The notes: generated from the letters alone by a model not told the origin. Positions 1-11,105 are shown, numbered from the stretch's first letter. The stretch: DNA of 29,814 nucleotides from Chiloscyllium plagiosum (GCF_004010195.1 NC_057720.1:21270922-21300735), one strand, 5' to 3'. Numbers and translations: made by a program.

Positions 1-240
1 TGGTTCATTGTGGCAATGGAGGAAGCCAAGGATGGTCATGTTGGGAAAGGAGTGGAACAGGGAATTAGAATGGATAGTGACTGGGAAGTCACCGAGATGC
101 TCGGTGAGATCCTTGAGATTACATTTGGTCACCCTGATGTAGAGAAGACCACATTGGGATCATCGGAAACAGCCTGGCTTGCTGCATTCTTCCAGCCTCC
201 TCTTTATCTATCGTGGATTCCAGCATCTGCCATTTTTTTA
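1..240. mobile_element. Penelope-like retroelement fragment (window-truncated)
   Basis: Bases 8-165 resemble the GIY-YIG region at 3685-3850 (CCTGATGTAGAGAAGACCACA vs CCCGATGTAGAGGAGACCACA). Bases 170-240 resemble the inverted terminal tail ending TTCCAGCATCTGC seen at 4045-4110 and 8280-8350. Confidence 0.6.
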
Positions 241-1572
241 TCCCTAAAACATTGTAAAAGGTAAGATCAGGATCAATGCAGATTTTCTCCCAAGAAGTTA
301 TTACTATCTAGACTGATTCTGGAATGTAATATTTAAAAGGATAATCAAAAGAAAACTTGTGCAATTAGTCACAAAGCAATTGATATCGAAGTGGGAAGGT
401 GGGGAGATGGAGAGGATGAGGCTTGTAGGTCTTTATGGAAACAGAAACAGAAACAAGAGGACTGTCAGAAGCAATTTTCAAACCAATGATTCATCATGTT
501 TTCTGATTGAGATTGCCAATTAATATCAAATAAATGGGGTAGAAACTGGATTAAGATGGCCCCAAATTTATTTTACATGAGATCTTTACAACAGAGGAAA
601 GATGCATCCCAGAAAGTAAAATGTAGCATCTAATGTACTCTCAATTTAATCTCATTTTTAATGTAATGTTTCCTTCCTCTTTCTGGAATGATGGTTTGAT
701 TACTATGCTAAGGACTAGACTTTGGACTTAAGCATTGTACTCAGTATAGATACAGAGAAGCATTGTAACAGTGACCCTCTCAATTCAATAAAATAGCAGT
801 GAGGAACAATGACATTTTGCCTTATTACCTTTTGCAAATTACTTTGGCTATTGATAATATAAAAAATGATTATGAACAGGAAGTGTGGAAAAGTGCATAA
901 GTAGAAAAATACTGTACTTTCTGTTTTAATGACACAGTTATGTATAAACGCCTCTTTAGATGAGATTTCATGTCACTTTTAAAATTAAAATTATGCTGAA
1001 TAAAATGTTAAGAAAAACATGTTGTAGTCTTTGTAAAGCGTGTTACAGGTCATTAAAGTATAATTAAAATTATTATAGAAGAAGCAGCATAATTTCACAT
1101 CAAAGTGCATGATGAAGACAAACTGAAAATATAATCCTTATTTTACTTTGTTTCTTCCAGCAGCATCACTTTTAATCACCAGCAACCATAATTATTTATT
1201 TCTTTCAGCTTTTTTTAGACCTAGCAGAATCGGTTTAATTCTCTGCTCATTCTTAATTAGGGTGACCTTCCCTTTTGATCGAAATGAGGAGTGATGGTGA
1301 TTGGCTTTGGCGTGCTATCAGAGAGTGGGTGGAAGGTGGGTGGACTCACACAGTTTGTTGTCTACTACATACTTTTAATGAGGTTTGTTCACAGTTAAAA
1401 GTTTGTTGTAAACTTGTGGAATAAAATTGCTTTTGATTTTCAGCCACAGCAGACATAATTTCTGTGACAAATCCTCAAAAGAATAAATAAAAATGCACAG
1501 GCACAAAAGGTCTATCAGGAAAGACTGAACAGAAATCTTCTCCGTAGAAAAGCCGACTCTGTAGAAAGACAA

Positions 1573-1900
1573 GGTGGCACGGTGGCTCAGTGGTTAGCAC
1601 TGCTGCCTCACAGTGTCAGGGACCTGGGTTTGATTCCACCCTCTGGCAACTGTCTGTGTGGAATTTGCACAATTTCCATGTGTTTGCGTTGGTTTCCTCA
1701 GCATGCTCCAGTTTCCTCCCCCAGTCCAAAGATGTGCAGGTTAGGTGGCTATACTAAATTGCCCATAATGGCCAGGGATGTGCAGCCTAGATGGGTTAGC
1801 CATGGGAAATGCAAAGTTACAGGTAGGCGTCTGGGTCTGGGTGGGATGCTCTTTGGAGGATCAGTGTGGACTTAATGGGCTGAATGTCCTGCTTCTACGA
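1573..1900 (+). mobile_element. HE1-type V-SINE (tRNA-derived), near full length
   Basis: tRNA head with A-box TGGCTCAGTGG and B-box-like GGTTTGATTCC; V-domain (GTGTGGAATTTGCAC...GTTTCCTCCCCCAGTCCAAAGATGTGCAGGTTAGG); CR1-like tail. Confidence 0.9.
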
Positions 1901-1954
1901 TTGGTGATGTAAGGGAGCTTTATAAAATTATGTTGAAATTTCATAGGGTAGAGA

Positions 1955-2125
1955 TAGAGAACACAAGAAATGGGAAGAAGCAAACCATTTGTAGGTGCTT
2001 GAGCCTCGTCCATTGTTCAGCATTCTTGTGGTTGACCCTGGGCTTCAACTGCCATCTCTCACCTGTTCCCCACATCCCTTGATTCCTTGAGATCAAACAC
2101 TTCAACCTCAACACTCAACGAGGAG
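1955..2125 (-). mobile_element. CR1 LINE 3' end fragment, decayed
   Basis: Resembles the minus-strand CR1 3' ends at 16465-16700 and 26968-27150 (CTTGAGCCT...CATT, TCCCTTGATTCC). Confidence 0.5.
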
Positions 2126-2182
2126 ATCAGTGACAGATGGAATTTAACCCAGAACAGTGTCAGGTGATGCACTTTAGAAAGA

Positions 2183-2262
2183 AGTCGCCTGAGTCGGGAA
2201 TTGAACCCGGGTCTCTGGCGCTGTGAGGCAGCAGTGCTAACCACTGTGCCACCGTGCCGCCC
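2183..2262 (-). mobile_element. HE1 SINE head-only fragment
   Basis: Reverse complement GGGCGGCACGGTGGCACAGTGGTTAGCACTGCTGCCTCACAGCGCCAGAGACCCGGGTTCAATTCC, with intact A and B boxes. Confidence 0.9.
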
Positions 2263-2274
2263 ACTTTTTAAAAT

Positions 2275-2514
2275 GCAACCCAACCAGATCCATTCCCCCA
2301 CATTTACCTCTTCACCTAACACTACGGGCAATTTACCATGGCCAATTCACCTAACCTGTACATTTTTGGATTGTTGGAGGAAACCGGAGGAAACCCACGC
2401 AGACACGGGGAGAATGTGCAAACTCCACACAGAGAGTCGCCAGAGGCAGGAATTGAACCCGAGTCTCAGGCGGTGTGAGGCAGCAGTGCTAACCACTGTG
2501 CCACCGTGCCACCC
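2275..2514 (-). mobile_element. HE1-type V-SINE, 3' part lost
   Basis: tRNA head at 2435-2514 and V-domain at 2325-2432, closely matching the copy at 29116-29415. Confidence 0.9.
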
Positions 2515-2774
2515 GGGGTACTGGTCCATAGATCCCTGAAGATGACAGGACAGGTTAAGAAAGTATAGAGGACACTTGCCTGTAGCAATCATGGCATAGA
2601 GCAATGATGTTCTGTTGGAGCTGGAAAATATCTTCAGTTAGGGCACGGCTGGAGCACTGTGTGCAGTTCTGGTTACTGCACTGCAGGAAGGATGTGATTG
2701 CACTGGAGGGGATGCAGAGGAAATTCACCAGAATGTTGTCTGGGTTGGAGCATTTTAGTTAGGGTGGATAGCAA

Positions 2775-3265
2775 TAATAGCAGTGTGTACTATCTTCAAG
2801 ATGAATTGCAGAAAATTCACCAAAGATCCTGAGACAGCATTTTCCATACCCACAACCATGTCCATCATGAGAACACCATCACCTCCATGTCCCTCCAAAT
2901 CACTCAGCATCCTGACTTGGGAATATATCGCCGTTCCTTCACTGTTGCCGGGTCAAAATGGATTAATTGTTCATCCAGTAACTTTGCTTCACTCATAAAT
3001 CCCATACTCAGAAGCTGTCACATTGTGAAACTTGAGGATCAAGACACAAGGAGAAATGTGGAAGATCGTTTCATCCATTAAGGTCATCCTTGCTCAGAAA
3101 GAGCCCTCTGTTAGGGCTTTGTGGGCCAACCCACAGCACACAGACTGCAGTGGTTCAAGAAGGCAGCTCACCATCACCATCTCAAGGGCAATTAGGGATA
3201 GGAATTAAATGCGGGCCCAGCCAGTGACACCCACATCCCATGTCCCATGAATGAATTAAACAAAA
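2775..3265 (+). mobile_element. 3' region of a second CR1/L2-group LINE family, decayed and interrupted at about 2965-3115
   Basis: Tail GCAGTGGTTCAAGAAGGCAGCTCACCATCACCATCTCAAGGGCAATTAGGGAT...CCCACATCCCATG recurs at 15370-15640 (-), 23100-23215 (+) and 6775-6870 (-). Confidence 0.7.
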
Positions 3266-3360
3266 GTAGTTGAAAGATCAATAACAAAAGGGCATAATTT
3301 TTAAGTCAAGAGTGTGGTGCTGGCAAAGCCCGCCAGGTCAAGGAGCATCCGAGGAGCAGG

Positions 3361-3398
3361 AAAATCAATGTTTCAGGCATGAGCCCTTCATCAGGAAT
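3361..3398 (-). ncRNA. Minimal hammerhead ribozyme motif (Penelope pLTR), CpG-decayed
   Basis: Reverse complement AUUC-CUGAUGA-A-GGGC-UCAU-GCCU-GAAA-CAUU-GAUU: core intact, stem III palindrome ACGU changed to ACAU. Confidence 0.65.
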
Positions 3399-3994
3399 GA
3401 AGCTTGTGGATCGGGGCTGAGAGATATATGGGTGGGGGTGAGGTTTGGGTGAAGCTAGCTGAGAAAGCATAGGTGGATGAAGGTGTGGGAGAAGGGGATA
3501 GGTCAGAAGGGGGAGTGATGGATGAGTCCGGAGGGCAGTGCTGAGTTGGAGGCTTGGGACTGGGATAATATGAGGGGAGAGGAAATGAGGAAGCTGTAGA
3601 AGTCCACATTTATCCCGTGTGGTTGCAGGTCCCAAGGTAGAATGTGAGGTGTTCCTCCTCCAGACGTCAGGTGGTGATGGTTTGGTATTGGAGAAGGCCC
3701 AGGATCTGCATGTCCTTGACGGAGTGGGAGGAATTGAAATGTTAGCCAGGGGCGGTGTGTTTGGTGGGTGCAGGTGTCCCAGAGATGTTTCTGAAACAAT
3801 CCGCAAGAAGGGGTCTTGTCTCCCCGATGTAGAGGAGACCACACCGGGTGCAACGGATGCAGTAGATGACATTGGTAGAGGTACAGGTAAATTTCTGATG
3901 GGTGTGGAAGGAACCCTTGGGGCCTTGGATGGAGGTGAGGGAAGTGGTGTGGGCACTGGTTTTGCACTTCCTGCAGTGGCCGGGAAAGGTGCCA

Positions 3995-4031
3995 ATTCCT
4001 AATGAAGGGCTTATGCTCGAAACGTTGATTC
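3995..4031 (+). ncRNA. Minimal hammerhead ribozyme motif, core mutated
   Basis: AUUC-CUAAUGA-A-GGGC-UUAU-GCUC-GAAA-CGUU-GAUUC; the G5->A change in the core predicts inactivity. Confidence 0.55.
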
Positions 4032-4459
4032 TCTCGCTCCTCGGATGCTGCCAGACCTGCTGTGCTTTTCTAGCACTACACTCTCGATGCTGATTCCCAG
4101 CATCTGCAGTCCTCACTTTATCCTGGAGAATCATCCAGAATGAACATCAGGCGCCAAAACTCTTGTCAATTTTTCCTGCATTATTCCAATGGGCATTTTG
4201 AACATGAAATTAAGTTGTGGTATTTTTAATGCTCATGACCTAATGATACAGGTATAGGGGCAAATGCATAGGAAATGTAGGTATGTATTGGGGCCTAGTC
4301 ATGAGGTTAGGAAATAGTTGAGGCTAGAAAGTGAAAATAGAAGTTTTTCTAATAGTCATTATTGCTGAATATTAAACCATAGATTTCTGCCAGAAAGTCC
4401 AGGAAGTAATTACTTGACCAGGCACATCTGGCCCTCGAACAGCGAGTAGAAAGAAAACA

Positions 4460-4625
4460 TAATCACATTTTTGTTGAGCCTTCAACAACTTCAAGACATC
4501 CCAAAACATTTTGCAGTAAATGAAGTGCAATCTCTTGGAATTATAGGAATTAAAGCAGCCAATTCGCAAGCGGCAAAGTTCCACAAACAGCGATGGCATA
4601 AATAATGAGATAACCAGGTTTTCAG
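4460..4625 (-). mobile_element. DeuSINE (SacSINE1-like) 3' fragment
   Basis: GACATCCCAAAACATTTTGCAGTAAATGAAGT...GCAGCCAATTCGC...CCACAAACAGCGATG parallels 23460-23580. Confidence 0.5.
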
Positions 4626-4639
4626 ATGGCAAAAAGGTG

Positions 4640-5160
4640 ACCAATGAAATATGATGTGGAAAAGTGTGAGGATACTCATTTTGGGAGTAAGAATAGAAAA
4701 GTAGATTTTTTTTGAAAGTTGTGTGCAGCTTGTATGATGCTCAATGTTGATGCTCAATGAGCCTTTAATTTATTCATACAAGGAACACAAGAGGCCAGCA
4801 TGCAGGTACAGCAAGCAAATAGGAAAGCAAATGGTATGCTGACCTTAAATGCAAGATCTGGCATACAAGAATAAAGAAATATTGCTACCAATGAACAGGG
4901 CTTTGGTGAGTCACCTTAAACATTGCATGCAATTTTGGTGTCTACGCTTATGTGTGCTGGACACTGTACAGAGAAGGTTCATTAACTTTGTTCCTGAAAT
5001 GAGGGGCTTTGCCTATGATGGGAAGCTAAGTAAACTGGAGTTAAGAGGAACAAGATGATCTTGTTGAAATATTCAATACTATGAAGAGATTGAAGGGTAA
5101 ACAGTGACATGTTGGCTGGATTTTCCCCAACATTGAATACTAGAGCCGGACAGAGTATCA
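4640..5160 (+). mobile_element. Old CR1 LINE ORF2 C-terminal fragment
   Basis: QMKYDVEKCEDTHFGSKN, VQQANRKANGML and LKHCMQFW...LDTVQRRFINFVPEMRG motifs, with many frameshifts. Confidence 0.75.
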
Positions 5161-5289
5161 GACAGGATTCTGTTTTGCCCACCTAAGGCAGACTCTCTCT
5201 CTCTAAGGTTGTTTGAATAAACACAAAGAAAGCCTGCATACTGAGTCTTCCTGTGGTCTACTTTAGTGATTAACTACAGCAATCACTGA

Positions 5290-5975
5290 AGTGCAGTGGC
5301 AGCAGTGTGCATCATCTTCATGCTGCAATGCATTAACCTCATCAAGGCTCCTTTGAAAGCACCTTTTTTTCTTTATTAATTCTGGATGAAGGCATCATTG
5401 CTTAGGCAGCATATATTGTCCATCCCTAATTGCCCAGAGGGCAGTTACGAGTCAACCACGTTGCCATGGGTCAGGAATCATATGTAATACAGACCAGCTA
5501 AGGGTGGCAGTTTCCTTCCCTAAAAGATGTTAGTGAACCAGATGGGTATCCCCACAATTGACAATGGATTCATGGTCATCATGCAACCCATAATTCCAGA
5601 TATTTATTGAATTCATATTCTACCATCTGCCATGGCAGCATTCGAACATGGGTCCCCAGAACATTACCTGGGTCTCTGGTTTAACAGTGCAGCGATAATA
5701 CCACAAGGCCATTGCTTCCCCTTCCAAGCCTCTATCACAGAGAAGAGCAGGGAAGTAGATCCATGGCAACACCACCAGTTGCAAGTTCCCCTCCAAGTTA
5801 CAGACCATCCTAATTTGGAAATATATCACTGTTCGTTCATTATTGCTAGGTCAAAATTCTGGTAACTCTTTCCCTAAAAACACCGTCTAGTTCCTCATCA
5901 TCTTCTTGAAGTCAATTTGGGTGAAATAAACACTACCTTAGTTGGCCTGTTCATATCCTGTGAATACAAAATACA
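5290..5975 (+). mobile_element. 3' region of the second CR1/L2-group LINE, split by a SINE at about 5368-5716
   Basis: Segments 5290-5364 and 5720-5975 are collinear with 22885-23215 (GCACCTT|CCAA..., GCAAGTTCCCCTCCAAG). Confidence 0.65.
5368..5716 (-). mobile_element. tRNA-derived SINE, second family (shares its tail with the CR1/L2-group LINE)
   Basis: Reverse complement has an A-box-like TGGCCTTGTGG, B-box GTTCGAATG, central CTGGTTCACTAAC...TAGGGAAGGAAACTGCC and tail GGGCAATTAGGGATGGACAAT; homologous to 14351-14668. Confidence 0.75.
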
Positions 5976-6774
5976 TCAACCAAACCCTGTGACTTCGATA
6001 ACAATTTAAACGCAGGATGTTGCATTTAACTGCGGGTGATGCTTAAACTCAGAGATTATGGCAAGACTACACTTGCAGATTTCTTCATTGCTTGCAAGGC
6101 CTGTCAGTTTTTGTGACTCTTGTACGTTGTAACTTGATACCCATTCTGCCAAACTTGGGTGATAATGCTTCACTTTTGTCTCAGAGTCTTTCTGAGCAAG
6201 GATTACCTTAATGGACGAAACGATCTTCCACATTTCTACTTGTGTCTTGATCCTTCAAGTTTCACAAAGTGACAACTTCTGAGTATGGGATTTATGAGTG
6301 AAGCAAAGTAACTGGATGAACAATTAATCCATTTCATGCCTTCAGTTTATGTATACTGTTCAGATATTGCTGCTATGGAATTAATTATATATCTCACAAC
6401 TGAAACATTGGCTTTAGTGTTCAAATTGATTCTCACAATGTGAAGAAATGATTTCATAAAATCCAGTGTCCACTTTCACCAGACCACCAGTTAGAACACA
6501 AATGTAGGAATACAGTGCCTTGAAGTGGAGAATTCAAATTTTAAGTACAATATAGCAATAAGAATAGCAAATACTTATCTATCTGCTTGAGGCAGTATCC
6601 TGAACCATATAGTGAATCATTCACTTACATCTGGTGTGATTCCCCACCCCAGAATTACATTGAGAAAAAGCATTGATCTTAAAAGCCAGAAATACAATTG
6701 ATGCAGAAATCTAGGGGTGTATTCATTATTACCAGTGTCAGTACTCCAGTGTATGGTTTGAATTTGTAAAACTT

Positions 6775-7850
6775 TTTTATCTATTCACGGGATGTGTGTT
6801 TTGATAGCTGAGCATTTATTGCCCATCCCTAATTGCGTTTGAGAAATTGGTGGCCTTTTTGAAGTGCTGCAGTCCATTTAGTGTAGATAGACTCATGATA
6901 CTCTTAGAGAGGGAATTCCAGGTTTTTAAAGCAGTGCCACTGAAGTCTACAGAGACCACAAATTTCCAAGTCAAAATGGTGAATGACTTGGAGGGAAACT
7001 TGCAGGTGGTGGTAGTTCATGTTAATACTGCCTTTGTCCTTCTAGATGGCCATGGGTTTGGAAGGTCTAAGGAGTCTTGGTGAATGTCCGCTGTGCATCT
7101 TGCAGATGGTCCTCACTACTGCCATTAGCATAGTTGGTGGAGGGACTGAATGTTTGTGGATATGGTGCCAATTAAGTCAGCTACTTTGGCCTAGATGGTG
7201 TCAAGGGGGCAATGGGGCATGTTCCATCACACTATTGATTGCATCTATAGATGAGTCCTGGGGCTGAGATGACTGACCTCCAACAACTGCAGCCATCAGA
7301 CGTTTGCTCTTGATTCCCATTGACACCAGTTTTGCTGGGGATGCTTGATGCCACATTCAGCCAAATGTGGCCTTGATGTCAAGGGCAGGCAATCTCACGT
7401 CACCTCTGAAATTCAGCTCTTTTATTCATGTATGAGGTGAGTTGGCTCTCACAGAATCAAAATTACCTGTCAGTGGGCAGTTATCTTTGAGCAAGTGCTG
7501 CCTGATCAATCTGCTAATGCCCCTTCCATCACATCTGATGATCGAGAGGCAATTGATGAGGCAGTGCATTCTCACAATGTGCTTAGTATGAAGGAGTACT
7601 GATTCATGAGCCAAGGTGGTGGTTGGGGGAGCATTGTTGGTGGGGACACAGAAATTAACTGGCGGTTTCCCTTCCAGGGTTTGACCTGGTGCCATCACAA
7701 TTCATGATGCCCAAAGTCAATATTGAAAGCTCCCAGACAACTCCATGTTCGATTGTGCTACGACCTCCAATGGTGATCATGGTTTCTGGGACATTGTCAG
7801 TAAGGTATAATTTCCTGACTATGACAATGGTCAGGCTGTTGCTTGAGGAG
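6775..7850 (-). mobile_element. Decayed, internally deleted CR1/L2-group LINE
   Basis: 3' tail reverse complement GCATTTATTGCCCATCCCTAATTG at 6812-6836; GAGGGAAACTTGCAGGTGG is shared with 15595; GCTGAGATGACTGACCTCCAACAAC is shared with 19040. Confidence 0.65.
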
Positions 7851-8136
7851 TGTTGTGGTGGGATTTAAAGTGGGTCCCCTAAAACATTACCTCAGTCTCT
7901 GGAATACTGATTCAATGACAGTAGCACTGACACTCACAGTTGCAATGCCAATACCTCCCCGTTACTGGCTTCGTCTCTTGTGCAGATTGCTGTATATTTG
8001 AGTTTAAGGAATATAACAATAGTCAGAATATTTGTTTGGTCTTTGGCATCAGTTGTAAGGGGTTCTACGGCAGACAGCAATGGAGAAGGATGGAGATCGA
8101 TTGATGAGATGGTCATATCGAGTGAAGTCCTCCATC

Positions 8137-8364
8137 GGTATCTACATTAGGGTGGTGCTGGAAAAGCACAGCAGTTCAGGCAGCATCCGAGGAGCAGTAA
8201 AATCGACGTTTCGGGGAAAAGCTCTTCATCAGGAATAGATGAAGGGCTTTTACCCGAAACGTTGATTTTACTGCTCCTTGGATGCTGCCTGAACTGCTGT
8301 GCTTTTCCAGCACCACTCTAATCTAGACTCTGGTTTCCAGCATCTGCAGTCATTGTTTTTACCC
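8137..8364. mobile_element. Fold-back Penelope mini-insertion with two inverted hammerhead-like motifs and a 14-bp TSD
   Basis: 90-bp inverted arms at 8141-8230 and 8238-8327 with a 7-nt loop; direct repeat TGAAGTCCTCCATC at 8123-8136 and 8365-8378; arms are homologous to the termini of 3306-4124. Confidence 0.85.
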
Positions 8365-10791
8365 TGAAGTCCTCCATCATTCCTGCCACACTTTGTAGTG
8401 TGTTTGGCTCATTGTCAAAGGCATTGAGGACAAAGGCATTAGCAGAGAAATCCCAAACTCTGGGCTCTGTGGAATTAAGCTGCTCAAATGGAAAGAGGTT
8501 TTTATTTCTTTAGTTCACTTAGCTTTCCCTTCAGTGACATAATTAGCTAAATTCCTGGTGTGGATAAGTGGGTGGTTATCACATTTGGAGTGTGTGGCAC
8601 AGTGTGACAGCCTATTGCTGACACTGGCTTTTCCTTTCACCTCAGGACCTTTTATGATATTTATGCCTGACCTAGTGCGTGTTTCCAATATTTGCTGCTT
8701 TTGATGCCAAATTGAACAGTAGACAAAAGGTGGGAATGTTAACGAGTTCAGTAAGTGATAACATTTATTTGTGGGAGAAAAAGGAGGTTGCATAATGGCT
8801 CTGATGCTGTTTTGATGTGACAACTTACTGTTGGGGCCAAGGAACAAGTCTCTTTTCACTTGATGCTGCAGAGGAAACAAAGAAATTGTCATCAATCCTC
8901 AAGTAATAATTGATGTTATGTAAGAGTTGATCTTTGACTTTTGATCCCCAAATCCTTAATGTTTTTGTGTACTTTGTGCTGGTTTTGAGAATGTGGTTTG
9001 GGAACAGGACAGCTCAGTATTTTTCACAATTGCTCTTTTCCCATTCAAACATCAAGAATCACTGGTGGATAGTGCTGGACAGCAGCTTGATACTGAACTC
9101 AGGACTGTGGCCAGCAACAAGCGTCAGAATCAATATTGGTAATGTGGCAGTTCCATTTGACATGGATTTCAAACCATTCAAAATATTACTCATGTAAACA
9201 TTGATACCGTATCTTTTGACTAAATGTTTTGTCTTAACTTTTACACAAATATATTTGATGGATGAATGCAGCTACCAAGTGGTCAATTTGTCAAAGTGCC
9301 AATTGGTGGATTTTACATATTGGTATTGGAACACTGACACAGCTTTTGCCAGTGTAAATCTACTTTTACTATGAATCTATTTAAGGATTTATGCTGTTCT
9401 TTTTCTCCGCTCTGTTTGTATTTTTGTACTTCTATCTGCATTAATAATAGAATTTGACAACAGAATATGTCCTAAGTACATTTTATTTAGTTTGGGATGG
9501 ATACCTAGAATAGTAATGCAAGCTGAAAGTGGATTTTGATGTAAAATTTGAAAAGGATGGCAAGTTATTATCCTGAAATTCTACAATGCAAACACAATCA
9601 TTCAGACACGTCTGCGATTGCAATATAACCATATTCATTAATAATGGTTTATCAATTGCATACACACACTTTCATATTTTGCTGAACTGATGGGATGAAT
9701 TTGTCTATATAGGTAGCAACAGTAAAATGAATGGCAGTTCTTGATCTCTATTTCACTGGCTAATATCCATCCTATGCTAGGAGTTTTGTGGTAACGCTAC
9801 CGCTTGGGCTAGCCTTGCATAATATTATATCCTCATGGCTGACTGATCTCAATGGCAACACAAACAGATATCCATTCCTTAATGGAATGATATCAGTGCT
9901 CATATGAGTACAAGATCTTATCCTATAAAGGAAAGATAAACTCTGGCTTTTCCTCTGGAAATACCCTTCAACGATGACCCTGGAGGCCATGGTTTTCCTT
10001 CAGGTTTCTTCTCACTAAATTGCCCCACCATTAGTTTACACTGCAACATTCAGGTGAGGAGGTGTGAGTTGCTCATCCCCTGAATTTTCAACCTCCTCGT
10101 TTAACCCTAACAAATGCCCCAAATTATTTTCTCAGCACAAGACTATAAATTCATACAAATAAATGTGTTGACCTAGTTGACCAGAAACATGAGAAGCAAA
10201 GTTGGACGTTTTCTTGAATGAAATAAGAAGCACATTATTACCTGCTATCACCAAAAAAAAATTTGAAATGTGATATCAAACATACACAAGTATGAAGTTA
10301 AAAAGGGATAACGTCTGGTACAAAAGGAAGATGAAAAGAATATGCAATTTAAAGTCGTTAAAGTAACTCTGTCATTAGCTCCTCTTGTCCCTGAGCATGT
10401 TTCTCCTATGGTTCCTCTGGTGCGAGCACAAAAGCCAACAGAACCCTGAACTCAAGCTGTGTCATGTCCTTCATCGTCATTGCTTTACGATCATAGAAAA
10501 CTCTCCCTAATGGTGCTGTGAAAGTGTCTTGATGTCAGGGAGTAAAGTGGCAATTAGTGACGAGTGATAGCTGCTGACCCTGCTGTGCATTTTCTATTAA
10601 TTAACAAAAAGCTCACATTTTAATCCAGTAGGTGCAGAGAACAATTTGTAAAGGAGATCGATGCGCTGACAGTCGAGAATAATCTCTGCAGAATTTGATA
10701 TTGTGTTTATTGGATGCCTCATAAACAAATGAGAAAACTACAACCTCATTTGCCACAGAATCAAAAAATATTGAACCCTAACAATAATATA

Positions 10792-11011
10792 CAGGGCGAC
10801 CCCTGCAACCACGGAATCGTTTTCTGTGGTTTCACTTACTCACGGTTTGCCACAGCCAGAACATATTATAGGGAACGTTCCAGCACCAAGGACCGGGGGC
10901 TGCCAGAAAGATACATTTCCCATTTAAGTGAATGGGTTTGTCCTATTTGCCGATTTGGGTTTCTGTGGTAGGTCCTAGAATGTAATCCCTGCGGGTACAG
11001 GGGGACTACTG
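10792..11011. mobile_element. Tigger/pogo (Tc1-mariner) MITE, MER44/Tigger7-like
   Basis: Ends are TA|CAG...CTG|TA (TA at 10790-10791 and 11012-11013). The right end GCGGGTACAGGGGGACTACTG and left interior TCTGTGGTTTCACTTACTCACGG...AACATATTATAGGGAACGTTCCAG resemble the MER44 consensus as recalled. Confidence 0.75.
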
Positions 11012-11016
11012 TACAA

Positions 11017-11105
11017 CAAAGAACTGCAGATGCTGGAGATTTGAAACAAGCACAGACACAGATCACTGCAGAAACTCAGCAAGTCTGGCAGCATCAGTAA
11101 GAGAG
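11017..11105 (-). mobile_element. Old Penelope-type terminal fragment (third, more decayed subfamily)
   Basis: ACTGCAGATGCTGGAGAT...AACTCAGCAAGTCTGGCAGCATC; related pieces occur at 11537-11620, 14158-14228, 15975-16110 and 20700-20795. Confidence 0.55.

Larger units (their letters stand above)
2130..2760 (+). mobile_element. CR1 LINE ORF2 C-terminal fragment interrupted by two HE1 copies
   Basis: QMEFNPEQCQVMHF at 2134-2175, then LEHCVQFW and LEGMQRKFTRML after 2640, matching the CR1 at 12080-12440. Confidence 0.7.
3306..4124 (-). mobile_element. Penelope-like element: 3' fragment with GIY-YIG endonuclease remnant and inverted terminal repeats
   Basis: The minus-strand ORF 3742-4134 contains IQGPKGSF...FTCTSTNVIYCIRCTRCGLLYIGETR, a Penelope-type GIY-YIG motif. 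Bases 3306-3398 and 3996-4087 are inverted copies of each other. Confidence 0.85.

Noticed and set aside
1573..1650. tRNA-like sequences here and at the other HE1 heads
   Set aside because: They have A and B boxes but continue into the SINE V-domain; I see no complete cloverleaf, so they are SINE heads rather than tRNA genes.
1582..1875. Recurring MAQWLALLPH / CGRKPEHPEETHADTGRMCKLHT ORFs
   Set aside because: These are read-through translations of HE1 SINE copies, not a protein family.
3306..3995. 229-aa Pro/Ser-rich ORF, the longest in the track
   Set aside because: It is an alternative frame over the Penelope remnant and its C-rich 3' region; the recognisable GIY-YIG motif is in another frame.
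8137..8364. Pre-miRNA or DNA-transposon MITE interpretation of the hairpins at 8137 and 22208
   Set aside because: The arms at 8137 match the Penelope termini in this window; both elements are asymmetric and have 12-14 bp TSDs, which fits target-primed retrotransposition better.
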